This document shows positions 53,595 to 62,250 of a stretch of 64,000 bases of DNA, piece after piece. The first letter of the stretch is position 1. Each line of letters starts with the position of its first letter. The stretch is from an uncultured Acidobacteriota bacterium. GTDB taxonomy: Bacteria > Acidobacteriota > Terriglobia > Terriglobales > Acidobacteriaceae. The DNA lies in contig CAINND010000099.1 in the NCBI GenBank assembly GCA_903851035.1, positions 88 through 64,087 of the forward strand. Reading direction: 5' to 3'. The translations under genes were made by a program, and so were the position numbers. Under the pieces are notes generated by a model, which searched no databases, was not told where the DNA came from, and saw only the letters and a program-made list of their open reading frames with translations.

Positions 53595-55120
53595 CCCACC
53601 GCTCACCTTTTGCCGAATTCTGCCGCCTTGCTGCCCCTGGTGGACTGGTCGCGGTGACGGAGACCGTTGCCGCCGATCTGCTCACCCCGCTCTCGGCCTA
53701 CCTGCGTATCGCACAGGGCGCCGAGCGCAGCTTTCTGTTGGAATCGGTCGAAGGTGGCGAGCAGCTTGCGCGTTACAGTTTTCTTGGCGCGGCTCCGGAG
53801 ATGGTTGTGCGCAGCCGTCACGGCGTCACCACCATCGAAGATTCCAATGGCACTCGCCAGGTGCCCGGCACCACCGTGGACGTTCTTCGCCAGGAGTTCG
53901 CGCGTGGCACTTTGTCTGCCGCAGAGGGCACGGCGCCCATGGCCGGAGGCTGCGTTGGCTATCTCGGCTACGCGGCGGCCCGCTGGTTCGATCCCGCCAT
54001 GCAGGCCGTCGAGGGCGAGGGCGACGACGCCTGCTTCCTCATCTTCCGCACAGTGCTGGCCTTTGATCACGCCCGCCAGCAGATTCAGATTCGCACTCTC
54101 GCCGAGGTCGCACCCAATGCCGCGGAGCCTGCTCTGCGCCAGGCTTACGACGCGGCGGCCGCCCGCAACGCGGAGATCGTCCGCAAGCTAAGCGCGGCCA
54201 TGGACCTGCCCTTGCGCCAGGGCGTGGCCGCCGATGCCGGTGAGGTTGAATTCGAATCGAACTTCGAGCGTGCGGAGTTCGAGCGTGCCGTCGCCGAAGG
54301 CAAAGAACTTATCTTCGCCGGCGAATGCTTTCAGATCGTCCTCTCGCAGCGCTTCCGCCGCCGCACCACGGCCGATGCCGTCGCCCTCTACCGCGCCCTG
54401 CGTGCCACCAATCCTTCGCCCTACATGTTTCTGCTCGACTTCGGCGCCGCCGATGGTGGTGGCCGCCGCGCTCTCATCGGCGCCTCGCCGGAGATGCTGG
54501 TGCGCTGCCGTCAGCGCGAGCTCACTTATCGCCCCATTGCCGGCACGCGCCCGCGCGGCAGCAACGCCGCCGAAGATGCCTTCCTGGCCGCCGAACTCCT
54601 TGCCGATGAAAAAGAGCGCGCCGAGCACATGATGCTCGTCGATCTTGGCCGCAACGATCTTGGCCGCGTCGCCCGCTATGGCACGGTCAAGGTGCAGCGG
54701 CTGCTCATCGTGGAAAAGTATTCGCACGTCATGCACCTGGTCACCGAACTAACGGCCGAACTCCGTGCCGAGCTCGATCGCTTTGACGCTCTCGGCGCCT
54801 GCTTCCCGGCCGGAACCGTCACCGGAGCTCCCAAGATTCGCGCCATGCAGGCCATTGCCGAACTCGAACGCGGCGCGCGCCTTGCCTATAGCGGCTGCGT
54901 TCTCTACGCCGATTACGCCGGCAACCTCGACTCCTGCATCACCATCCGCACCATGGAGCTCGACGGCCACCAGTTGGCCGTGCAGGCCGGTGCCGGCATT
55001 GTGGCAGACTCCGTCCCGGCCACCGAGTGGGAGGAGACGGTCAACAAGTCCCGCGCCTTGCGCCGCGCCGTCGCCCTCGCCGAGGCTTCCACCGCCATCG
55101 CACATCTAGAGGAGGAGTAA
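53591..55120 (+). CDS. trpE: Anthranilate synthase component I
   Basis: 509 aa. Motifs FLLESVEGGE, NPSPYMF, GTRPRG and LFPAGTVTGAPK-type (CFPAGTVTGAPKIRA) are present. Confidence 0.93.
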   Translation: MTHRSPFAEFCRLAAPGGLVAVTETVAADLLTPLSAYLRIAQGAERSFLLESVEGGEQLARYSFLGAAPEMVVRSRHGVTTIEDSNGTRQVPGTTVDVLRQEFARGTLSAAEGTAPMAGGCVGYLGYAAARWFDPAMQAVEGEGDDACFLIFRTVLAFDHARQQIQIRTLAEVAPNAAEPALRQAYDAAAARNAEIVRKLSAAMDLPLRQGVAADAGEVEFESNFERAEFERAVAEGKELIFAGECFQIVLSQRFRRRTTADAVALYRALRATNPSPYMFLLDFGAADGGGRRALIGASPEMLVRCRQRELTYRPIAGTRPRGSNAAEDAFLAAELLADEKERAEHMMLVDLGRNDLGRVARYGTVKVQRLLIVEKYSHVMHLVTELTAELRAELDRFDALGACFPAGTVTGAPKIRAMQAIAELERGARLAYSGCVLYADYAGNLDSCITIRTMELDGHQLAVQAGAGIVADSVPATEWEETVNKSRALRRAVALAEASTAIAHLEEE

Positions 55121-55122
55121 TC

Positions 55123-55710
55123 ATGCTGCTCGTCATTGATAACTACGATTCCTTCACCTACAACCTCGTGCAGTATCTTGGCGAACTTGGCGCCGAGCCC
55201 GTCGTCCGCCGCAACGATCAAATCACGGTGGAGGAGATCGCCGCCGCCGGTTACGCCGGTCTGGTCATCTCGCCCGGCCCCGGCGAGCCCAAGGGCGCGG
55301 GCATCACTCTCGATGCCATTCGCCGCCTCGGTGGCCAACTTCCCATCCTCGGCGTCTGCCTCGGCCACCAGGCCATCGGAGAAGCTTACGGAGGCCGCAT
55401 CGTGCGTGCTCCGCGTCCCATCCACGGCAAGGCCAGCCGCGTGCATCACGATGGCCGCGGCCTCTTCCAGGGCGTCCCCGCCGAGCTGGACGTGGCCCGC
55501 TACCACTCGCTCGTGATCGAGCCCGCCACCTGCCCCGCCGAGCTGGAAATCACCGCCCGCACCGCCGATGGCATCATCATGGGCGTGCGCCACCGCACCC
55601 TGCCCGTCGAGGGGGTTCAATTCCACCCGGAGTCGGTGCTTACCTCCGGCGGCATGACGATTCTTGCCAACTTTTTGCGCCGCTGCGGACTGGCGCCTAC
55701 ATTGGCATGA
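55123..55710 (+). CDS. trpG: Anthranilate synthase component II (glutamine amidotransferase)
   Basis: The internal ATG 55123 gives MLLVIDNYDSFTYNLVQYL, then GVCLGHQ (catalytic Cys) and FHPES. Confidence 0.92.
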   Translation: MLLVIDNYDSFTYNLVQYLGELGAEPVVRRNDQITVEEIAAAGYAGLVISPGPGEPKGAGITLDAIRRLGGQLPILGVCLGHQAIGEAYGGRIVRAPRPIHGKASRVHHDGRGLFQGVPAELDVARYHSLVIEPATCPAELEITARTADGIIMGVRHRTLPVEGVQFHPESVLTSGGMTILANFLRRCGLAPTLA

Positions 55711-55778
55711 TCGAATACATTCCATCCGGCCGGATCGTGTTCTATCATGAAGCAAGATTAAGAGCAGGAGTCAGAGTT

Positions 55779-56420
55779 ATGAAGAACCGAATCTTTTGCT
55801 TGATCACCGTGGCCTCGCTGTTGGCGATGCCAGTCTTTGTGGCCGCGCAGCAGCCGCCCGCGCCGCCCGCCGATGCCGCTCCGCAGGCACCCGCCGCAGA
55901 GGCCGCGCCCGTTGCCACTCCCTTCATTCCCGTGCTCCAGGTGCATGGAGATAAGATGCCTCCCGTCAATGAGCAGGAGCGACTGGTTCGCGCCGTGCAT
56001 CACGAGCTCATCATGCAGCCCTACTACAACCTTTTCGACTGGATCACCTTCCGCGTCATCGGCGACAAGGTTGAGTTGAAGGGCTACACCCACAGCATTG
56101 GCCTCAGCCGCGATGCCGAGCGCAGCGTCAAGCACATCAAGGGCGTCAGCAAGGTCATCAATCACATTGAGGAACTGCCGCCTTCGCCGGGTGACGAGCG
56201 CATCCGCCGCGAGGTCGCGCGCTCCGTCTCCAGCTATGGCAACCTGGGCCGCTACTTCTGGCCCACCGACACGCGCATCCACATCATCGTCAACATGGGC
56301 CACATCCGCCTGGAGGGCATGGTGGAGAACGACACCGACAAGCAGACCGCCTACATTCGCGCCAACGGCGTTCCCGGTGCCTTCAGCGTGGATAACAACC
56401 TGGTCGTGGCGCGTAACTAG
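55779..56420 (+). CDS. Secreted BON-domain protein (two BON domains)
   Basis: ATG 55779 is preceded by AGGAG. The signal peptide is MKNRIFCLITVASLLAMPVFVAAQ. BON-like segments are ITFRVIGDKVELKGYTHSIGLSRDAERSVKHIKGVSKVINHI and IHIIVNMGHIRLEGMV...VPGAFSVDNNLVV. Confidence 0.75.
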   Translation: MKNRIFCLITVASLLAMPVFVAAQQPPAPPADAAPQAPAAEAAPVATPFIPVLQVHGDKMPPVNEQERLVRAVHHELIMQPYYNLFDWITFRVIGDKVELKGYTHSIGLSRDAERSVKHIKGVSKVINHIEELPPSPGDERIRREVARSVSSYGNLGRYFWPTDTRIHIIVNMGHIRLEGMVENDTDKQTAYIRANGVPGAFSVDNNLVVARN

Positions 56421-56613
56421 GGTTTTCCCTTCAGCGCCGCTGTTTTTCCGGCTCCTGTTCCTTGCGCCTCGCGCATCCGGGACGGGGGCCTTGTATTTTT
56501 CTACCCTTGTTTCGCGCGGCTTCTTTTGTTGCAGTCCAATAAAATCACGATTGCCGCCGGCTGCAACTCGTGCTCCGCGTGCTAGTCTGGGCTATTCCTT
56601 TAAGTGAGCAGCC

Positions 56614-57930
56614 ATGCAGGTGATACCCGTTTCGTTCCCCAAAGATTTTCTCTGGGGAGTCTCCACCAGTTCGCATCAGTTCGAGGGCGGCAACACGCTC
56701 AACCAGTGGCACGACTGGGAGCGCAGCGGCCACGTGCGCGGCGGCCCCAGCGGTGCGGCCTGTGACTGGTGGACCGATGCCGAGCGCGATCTCGACCTCT
56801 GCGCCTCCCTGGGTCTCAACGCCCTGCGCATCTCCCTCGAGTGGAGCCGCATGGAGCCCGCCTTCGCTCACTGGAGCGACACGGCCGTCGTGCGTTACCG
56901 CGAGCTGCTGCGCGCCGCCCGCAGCCGCGGCATGCGGGTCTTCGTCACCCTCCATCACTTCACCCACCCGCGCTGGTTTGAGGCTCGTGGCGGATTTCTC
57001 GACGCCCAGGCCCCGGAGCTCTTTCGCCACTACGCCAAGCGTGCCGTGCGTTCGCTCGGCGATCTGGTCACCGACTGGGTCACCTTCAACGAGCCCAACG
57101 TCTACGTCGCCTTCGGCTACGTCTTCGCGGAGTTTCCCCCCGGCCGCCTCAACGAACTCAACGCCGCGCTCACGGCCTTTGGCGGCATCATGCGCTCCCA
57201 CGCCGCCGCCTACGACGTTCTCCACCGCGAACAGCCCGAGGCCAACGTGGGCATGGCCCTGCACTACACAGCCTTCGAGCCCGCGCGCGACAACCCTCTC
57301 GACCGCCAGCTCGTCGATGCCTACGACAGCCTCTTCAATCGCGGAGCTCTCAGCTACCTGATGGGCGAGCCGCTGCCTTTGCCTTTTGCCATGATGGCCA
57401 CCTCGGTGCCGGAGGTGGCAGGCAAGGCCGACTTCATCGGCCTCAACCTATACAACCGCCTGCACGTCCGCGCCCCGCTGGGTGAAAAATTCGGTCCCGG
57501 CGGCCTGCACGTTCCGCCCGAAGTCCCGCAGGGCGACCACGGACACATCTCTCCTTACGGCGAGGCTTACCCCAAGGTCGTCACTGCGGCCATCAAATCC
57601 TGGGCGCCGCTCGGAGTTCCCCTCTACGTCACGGAAAACGGCGTGCCGGATCGCGACGACCGTCTGCGCCCGTGGCTCATGGTGCAGTCGCTCATCGAGC
57701 TGCGCCGCATGTGGCAGCAGGGCTACGACGTTCGCGGATACTTCCATTGGAGTTTGGTGGATAACTACGAGTGGAGCGAGGGCTGGCGCCTGCGCTTCGG
57801 CCTCTACGCGCTCGATGAGCTGACGCAGCAGCGCACCGCGCGCCCCAGCGCCGAACTCTATCGGCAGATCATCGCCGATGGCGGCATCCGCCGCGAAACC
57901 GTGGAAAAGTATGAGAAGGAGCCGGAGTAA
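56614..57930 (+). CDS. Glycoside hydrolase family 1 (beta-glucosidase-like)
   Basis: 438 aa. It has FLWGVSTSSHQFEG, the acid/base motif TFNEPN and the nucleophile motif YVTENG. Confidence 0.9.
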   Translation: MQVIPVSFPKDFLWGVSTSSHQFEGGNTLNQWHDWERSGHVRGGPSGAACDWWTDAERDLDLCASLGLNALRISLEWSRMEPAFAHWSDTAVVRYRELLRAARSRGMRVFVTLHHFTHPRWFEARGGFLDAQAPELFRHYAKRAVRSLGDLVTDWVTFNEPNVYVAFGYVFAEFPPGRLNELNAALTAFGGIMRSHAAAYDVLHREQPEANVGMALHYTAFEPARDNPLDRQLVDAYDSLFNRGALSYLMGEPLPLPFAMMATSVPEVAGKADFIGLNLYNRLHVRAPLGEKFGPGGLHVPPEVPQGDHGHISPYGEAYPKVVTAAIKSWAPLGVPLYVTENGVPDRDDRLRPWLMVQSLIELRRMWQQGYDVRGYFHWSLVDNYEWSEGWRLRFGLYALDELTQQRTARPSAELYRQIIADGGIRRETVEKYEKEPE

Positions 57931-57950
57931 AAGAAGTGCTCTTGTCGAAG

Positions 57951-58304
57951 TTACCAGGTCACATGGCGAATGTTGTTTTCACCGTCGCGCAGTAGTGAAG
58001 TAGCTGGAGACTTTAGTTTGACCCGAACAGTGACATCCCGGTGGAAGGGAAATTGGTCCACGTAGTTTTGTGCTGATCTATTGCTTAGAAATGGCTTACG
58101 GTTGACTCCCGTATAAGGCTCGCCGTCAATCTTATAGCGATAGCTCACGTCGGCCACTGTGCAGCCATAAACTTTTCTTTCGATGATAGTTGCAGTGACA
58201 GTTGCTGGCTGTTTAGACCAGCCGATCGCCAGCAGTGAACGGACATTCCGGAATACAACGCGGATGAAGTACTCGACGAAAATGTCAATGACAAAGCCGC
58301 CCAT
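57951..58304 (-). CDS. DUF3592-like small membrane protein
   Basis: 117 aa. An N-terminal hydrophobic helix is followed by WSKQPATVTATIIERKVYGCTVADVSYRYKIDGEPYTG... GC is visibly lower than in the neighbours. Confidence 0.6.
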   Translation of the reverse strand: MGGFVIDIFVEYFIRVVFRNVRSLLAIGWSKQPATVTATIIERKVYGCTVADVSYRYKIDGEPYTGVNRKPFLSNRSAQNYVDQFPFHRDVTVRVKLKSPATSLLRDGENNIRHVTW

Positions 58305-58340
58305 GAAGAGCAGCTTATCATGTTCACGTAGCCTAACTTC

Positions 58341-59150
58341 CTAGCAGCGCACGCTCTCCAGCTCGGCGAAGGCCGTCATCGGGTCCAGCAGCTCGCCCAG
58401 CGGAAGTTGTTCGTGCGCGGGCTCCACTTCCACCATCGGCTCGGGAACGTACCTTGGCCCGTCGTACTTGCGAATCTCCACGCCCTCTTCGGCCACGGTG
58501 ATGTAGGTGGGGTTCGCGTCAATCCAGCTTCCGCTGTTGTAGTAGTCCACGCCGTTGCGGTTGATGTGACCGGCCACGTGCGTATGTCCGCAGAAGATGC
58601 GTTCCACCCGCGCCGCCCTTGCCCACAGCAACGCGCCTTCGGCCACCCGGCTCTCCATGCGCAGCCAGCGCGAGTTCACCCGGTCAATCCAGCGTGAGAC
58701 CGGCTTGCTGCCGCCCTCCAGCTTTTGAATCTCGTAAAACAGTCGCTCGCCAAAGCGGCTCAGCGATTCGTTCTTCAGGCAGAAGGGATCGAACTGGTGT
58801 CCGTGTACGGCCACATGGCGGCGCCCTTCGAACTCCCACACATAGCGCTGGTACACCGGCACGCCCACCAGGTGACTCATCATCTGTGACAGTCCCTTGT
58901 CGTGGTTGCCTTCCACCCACACCACTTCCACCTTGCGCTTCGGATTGCTCAGCTTGCGAATGCGTGAGAGGAACTTCCAGTGTTCGCTGGTCAAACGGCT
59001 GAAGTTGAGGTCGCTGAAGATGTCGCCCAGCAGCACCAGCCGCCGGAAGTTGACGTTGCTCAACAGTTCCGTGGCCTCGCGCGCGCGGCTAACCTCGCTG
59101 CCAAGGTGTAAGTCGCTCAGGATAAGGGTGTCCAGCACCTGTTCTGCCAT
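58341..59150 (-). CDS. Metallophosphoesterase, LpxH-like (UDP-2,3-diacylglucosamine hydrolase family)
   Basis: From ATG 59150 it reads MAEQVLDTLILSDLHLG..., then LLGDIFS, VEGNHD and VHGHQFD. The track start 59261 adds 37 unlikely residues. Confidence 0.7.
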   Translation of the reverse strand: MAEQVLDTLILSDLHLGSEVSRAREATELLSNVNFRRLVLLGDIFSDLNFSRLTSEHWKFLSRIRKLSNPKRKVEVVWVEGNHDKGLSQMMSHLVGVPVYQRYVWEFEGRRHVAVHGHQFDPFCLKNESLSRFGERLFYEIQKLEGGSKPVSRWIDRVNSRWLRMESRVAEGALLWARAARVERIFCGHTHVAGHINRNGVDYYNSGSWIDANPTYITVAEEGVEIRKYDGPRYVPEPMVEVEPAHEQLPLGELLDPMTAFAELESVRC

Positions 59151-59461
59151 AGCGTAACCATCATGGACGAAGGCGGTTACGTGGCCGTCAAGCCCGTATG
59201 AATGTTGCGTGAAAACCCAGACAGTGCCTCCGTGGTCAACCCGGCCGCCGCCCCGCTCCACCTGCCGTGGATAACCACAAAAAAATCAGAGTTTTAGCTA
59301 CCATCCCCGCATTGCATTCCCGTCCCCACCAAGCTACCTTGTAAGTCGCTAATCCTGTTGGCGGCGCGCCGCAGTTTGTGACGCTCCCCACAGACAGGCG
59401 ATTCATCGAACTTTTACAGTGGTTTCATCCTCCTGCAAGCGCTTGTAGGCAGGATGTAACC

Positions 59462-61279
59462 ATGATTGCGCGCAGAGCCATGAAGCAAGACTCCAACGCA
59501 CCGTTCGCCAAGCTCGGGAAGAAGATTCCCTGGGCCCGTCCCTTTATTCCCGCAAAGCGCCTGGATCGCATGTACGAGGACGTCCTCAACGATCCCGTCG
59601 GCAATGTCTTTGACGCCGTCCTGCGTCAGCTTGCCGTGGAATACACCGTGCCGGACGCCGACCTGGCGCACGTTCCCGCCACCGGCCCCGCCATCGTCTT
59701 CTCCAACCATCCTTTTGGCATGCTCGATGGCATCCTGATGGCCTCGCTGCTGATGCGCGTGCGTTCCGACGTCAAGCTGCTGGCCAACCAGTTGCTCGCC
59801 TGCATGGACGCCATCAGCGAGCACTGCATCCTGGTGGACAACATGATGGGCGAGGGCCACGAGGCGACCAACCGCAAGGGCATCCGCGAGGCGCTTGACT
59901 GGGTTCGCCAGGGCCACCTGCTCATCGTCTTCCCGGCCGGCGAGGTCGCCAGTTGGAGCCGTCATCATCTGCGCGTCGCCGATCCCCAGTGGAACCGCAA
60001 TATGGCGCGCATCGCACGCATGACCAATGCCGTCAGCATCCCCGCCTTCATCAGCGGCAGCAACAGTGTGGGCTTCCACCTGGCCGGCATGATCAATCCC
60101 AAGCTGCGCACCTTGTTCCTTCCGCACGAGATGCTCAACAAGCGCGGCCGCCGCATGGAGGTACGCCTCGGCGCGCCCGTGCTTGGTGAAACCCTCAAGG
60201 CCATCGAGGATGACGACAAGGCCATCGACCTGTTGCGCTGGAACAGCTCGCTGCTCGCCTTGCGCGACCGCATCGGCTCGCCGCGCACCCGCCTGTTTCC
60301 GCCGCGCTGGCAGCATCGCCACGCCGTGGCCCCGGCGGAAGACCCCGCAACTCTGCTGCGCGAGCTGCAATCGCTGCCCCCCGACGCCTTGCTCGAATCG
60401 GCCGGCAAGATGCGCGTCTACGCTCTCAGCTCCCGCCAGGCCCCGCGCATCGTGCGGGAGATCGGCCGCCTCCGCGAGATGACCTTCCGCGCCAGCGGCG
60501 AAGGCACCGGCAAGGCCCGCGACCTCGATCGCTTCGACGCCTACTACACCCACCTCGTCCTCTGGAATGACGAGCGCCAGGAGATCGTCGGCGCCTACCG
60601 CGTCTGCGACGTGCAGCGCGTCCTGCAGCGCTACGGCATGCGCGGCCTTTACACGGCATCGCTCTTCCGCTTCCAGCCCAAGTTCTTCGCCAAGGTTGGC
60701 CCCGCGCTGGAGCTTGGCCGCAGCTTCATTCATCTCGATTACCAGCGCCAGTACGCCCCGCTGCTCGTTCTGTGGAAGGGCATTGGCAGCTACCTCGTGC
60801 GCCATCCTCACACTCCGGTGCTCTTCGGCGCCGTCAGCATCAGCGCGGATTACTCCCTGGCCTCGCGTGAGGTGCTGAAGAGTTTTCTCAGCGCCCACAC
60901 CGTCAGCGCCGAGCTACTTAGCCTGCTGCGTCCCAAGCATCCGCCCCGCGAGGGCCACGACTCCGTGCAGGAGCCCGAGGTCTTTGCCCGCGTCTTCAGC
61001 GTCGATGACATCAGCGAGTGGGTCAGCATGTTTGAAAGCGATGGCAAGGGCGTGCCCGTCCTCGTCCGCCATTACATGAAGCTCGGCGGCAAGTTCCTCG
61101 GCTTCAACGTGGACGCCAAGTTCAGCAACGTCCTCGACGGCCTGCTGCTGGTCGATCTTCGCGAGGCGCGTCCCGATCTGCTGGCGCGCTACCTGGGCAG
61201 GCAGGGATCGGTCGACTTCCTTGCCCGCCACGGCGTGACCGTCGCGCCCCGCGCAACCGCTCCTGCTGCCGATAACTAG
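59462..61279 (+). CDS. Bifunctional acyltransferase: N-terminal PlsC-type (HX4D) domain fused to C-terminal OlsB/GNAT-like N-acyltransferase (OlsF-like)
   Basis: It has NHPFGMLDG (HX4D) and FPAGEV in the first ~250 aa. The central/C-terminal part has LREMTFRASGEGTGKARDLDRFDAYYTHLVLWNDERQEIVGAYRV and LELGRSFI, typical of N-acyl amino acid synthase-type GNATs. The start is either ATG 59462 (AGGA upstream) or the track's 59378. Confidence 0.7.
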   Translation: MIARRAMKQDSNAPFAKLGKKIPWARPFIPAKRLDRMYEDVLNDPVGNVFDAVLRQLAVEYTVPDADLAHVPATGPAIVFSNHPFGMLDGILMASLLMRVRSDVKLLANQLLACMDAISEHCILVDNMMGEGHEATNRKGIREALDWVRQGHLLIVFPAGEVASWSRHHLRVADPQWNRNMARIARMTNAVSIPAFISGSNSVGFHLAGMINPKLRTLFLPHEMLNKRGRRMEVRLGAPVLGETLKAIEDDDKAIDLLRWNSSLLALRDRIGSPRTRLFPPRWQHRHAVAPAEDPATLLRELQSLPPDALLESAGKMRVYALSSRQAPRIVREIGRLREMTFRASGEGTGKARDLDRFDAYYTHLVLWNDERQEIVGAYRVCDVQRVLQRYGMRGLYTASLFRFQPKFFAKVGPALELGRSFIHLDYQRQYAPLLVLWKGIGSYLVRHPHTPVLFGAVSISADYSLASREVLKSFLSAHTVSAELLSLLRPKHPPREGHDSVQEPEVFARVFSVDDISEWVSMFESDGKGVPVLVRHYMKLGGKFLGFNVDAKFSNVLDGLLLVDLREARPDLLARYLGRQGSVDFLARHGVTVAPRATAPAADN

Positions 61280-61292
61280 ACGTTCACCGCGG

Positions 61293-62246
61293 TTGCGGGC
61301 CGTGGCCGCCGAGGCGTATCGTTGCGCCGTGAGGCAGTCGCTCCCATCTCCTGCACCGGCCACGGTGTCTCCTGTGCCGGCTTCCCCTCAGGCCGCATCC
61401 GCCCCTGCCGATGACATCTGTCGGCGGCTGCTGGGACTTTTGCGCAACCTGCCGCGCCGCGCCGGAGTCGATGTCATTCACCGCCTGCGCACCAGCGTGC
61501 GCCGGCTGGAGGCGCAGTTGGAAATGCCGCATGCCGCCGCCGAGGACGGACTCTTCCGTTGCCCGCCCAGGGTGGCACGCGCCCTGCGCACGCTGCGCAA
61601 AAAGGCCGGACGCGTGCGCGATATCGATGTCCACCTCGCGCTGCTCTCCGACCCGCAATTTTCATCGCCCTCGGCCCGCCGCCTGCGCGCGCCGCTGCTT
61701 CGCCATCTGCGCGCCTCGCGGGCCGTTCATCTGCGCGCCCTTCGCCAGCGTGCGCTCAAGGTGCGGCCCCGGCTGGAGCGTAAGTTGCCGGAGCTTCTCC
61801 GCCGCGCCGAATTTACCGAAGACCCGGCCACGGCCGCCCGTCTCTCCGCCCAGGTGCGCCAGCGCTTTCTTGAGTTGAGCCGGAACATTCCGGAAGACGC
61901 CGCGCTCCTCCATCGCCTGCGCATTGATGCCAAGCATCTGCGCTATGGACTGGAGCCGCATGGCCGCTTCGAATCGGCGGAGCCCCTGTTGGCTCATTTG
62001 CGCAAGGTGCAGCAGGCCATCGGAGACTGGCATGACTGGGCGACCCTGCATGAGCTGGCCCGTCGCATCCTGACCCAGCCCGGCGCCGGGGAGTTTCTCG
62101 CGCAGCTCCAGCAGCGTACCGCGCGGGAGTTCACTCGTGCCCGCCGCTCGGTGCACAAGGCGCGCCTCCGCATGTTGAACATGGATGACGCCGGCTCCGT
62201 GCCGCCGCTCCAGGCAATGCAACAGACCCTTACCAAGGCGGGATAG
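61293..62246 (+). CDS. CHAD domain protein
   Basis: 317 aa, Arg/Leu/His-rich and helical, with VIHRLRTSVRRLEAQL, VRDIDV and LHRLRIDAKHLRYGLE. The start codon is uncertain (TTG in the track). Confidence 0.75.
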   Translation: MRAVAAEAYRCAVRQSLPSPAPATVSPVPASPQAASAPADDICRRLLGLLRNLPRRAGVDVIHRLRTSVRRLEAQLEMPHAAAEDGLFRCPPRVARALRTLRKKAGRVRDIDVHLALLSDPQFSSPSARRLRAPLLRHLRASRAVHLRALRQRALKVRPRLERKLPELLRRAEFTEDPATAARLSAQVRQRFLELSRNIPEDAALLHRLRIDAKHLRYGLEPHGRFESAEPLLAHLRKVQQAIGDWHDWATLHELARRILTQPGAGEFLAQLQQRTAREFTRARRSVHKARLRMLNMDDAGSVPPLQAMQQTLTKAG

Positions 62247-62250
62247 CAAA

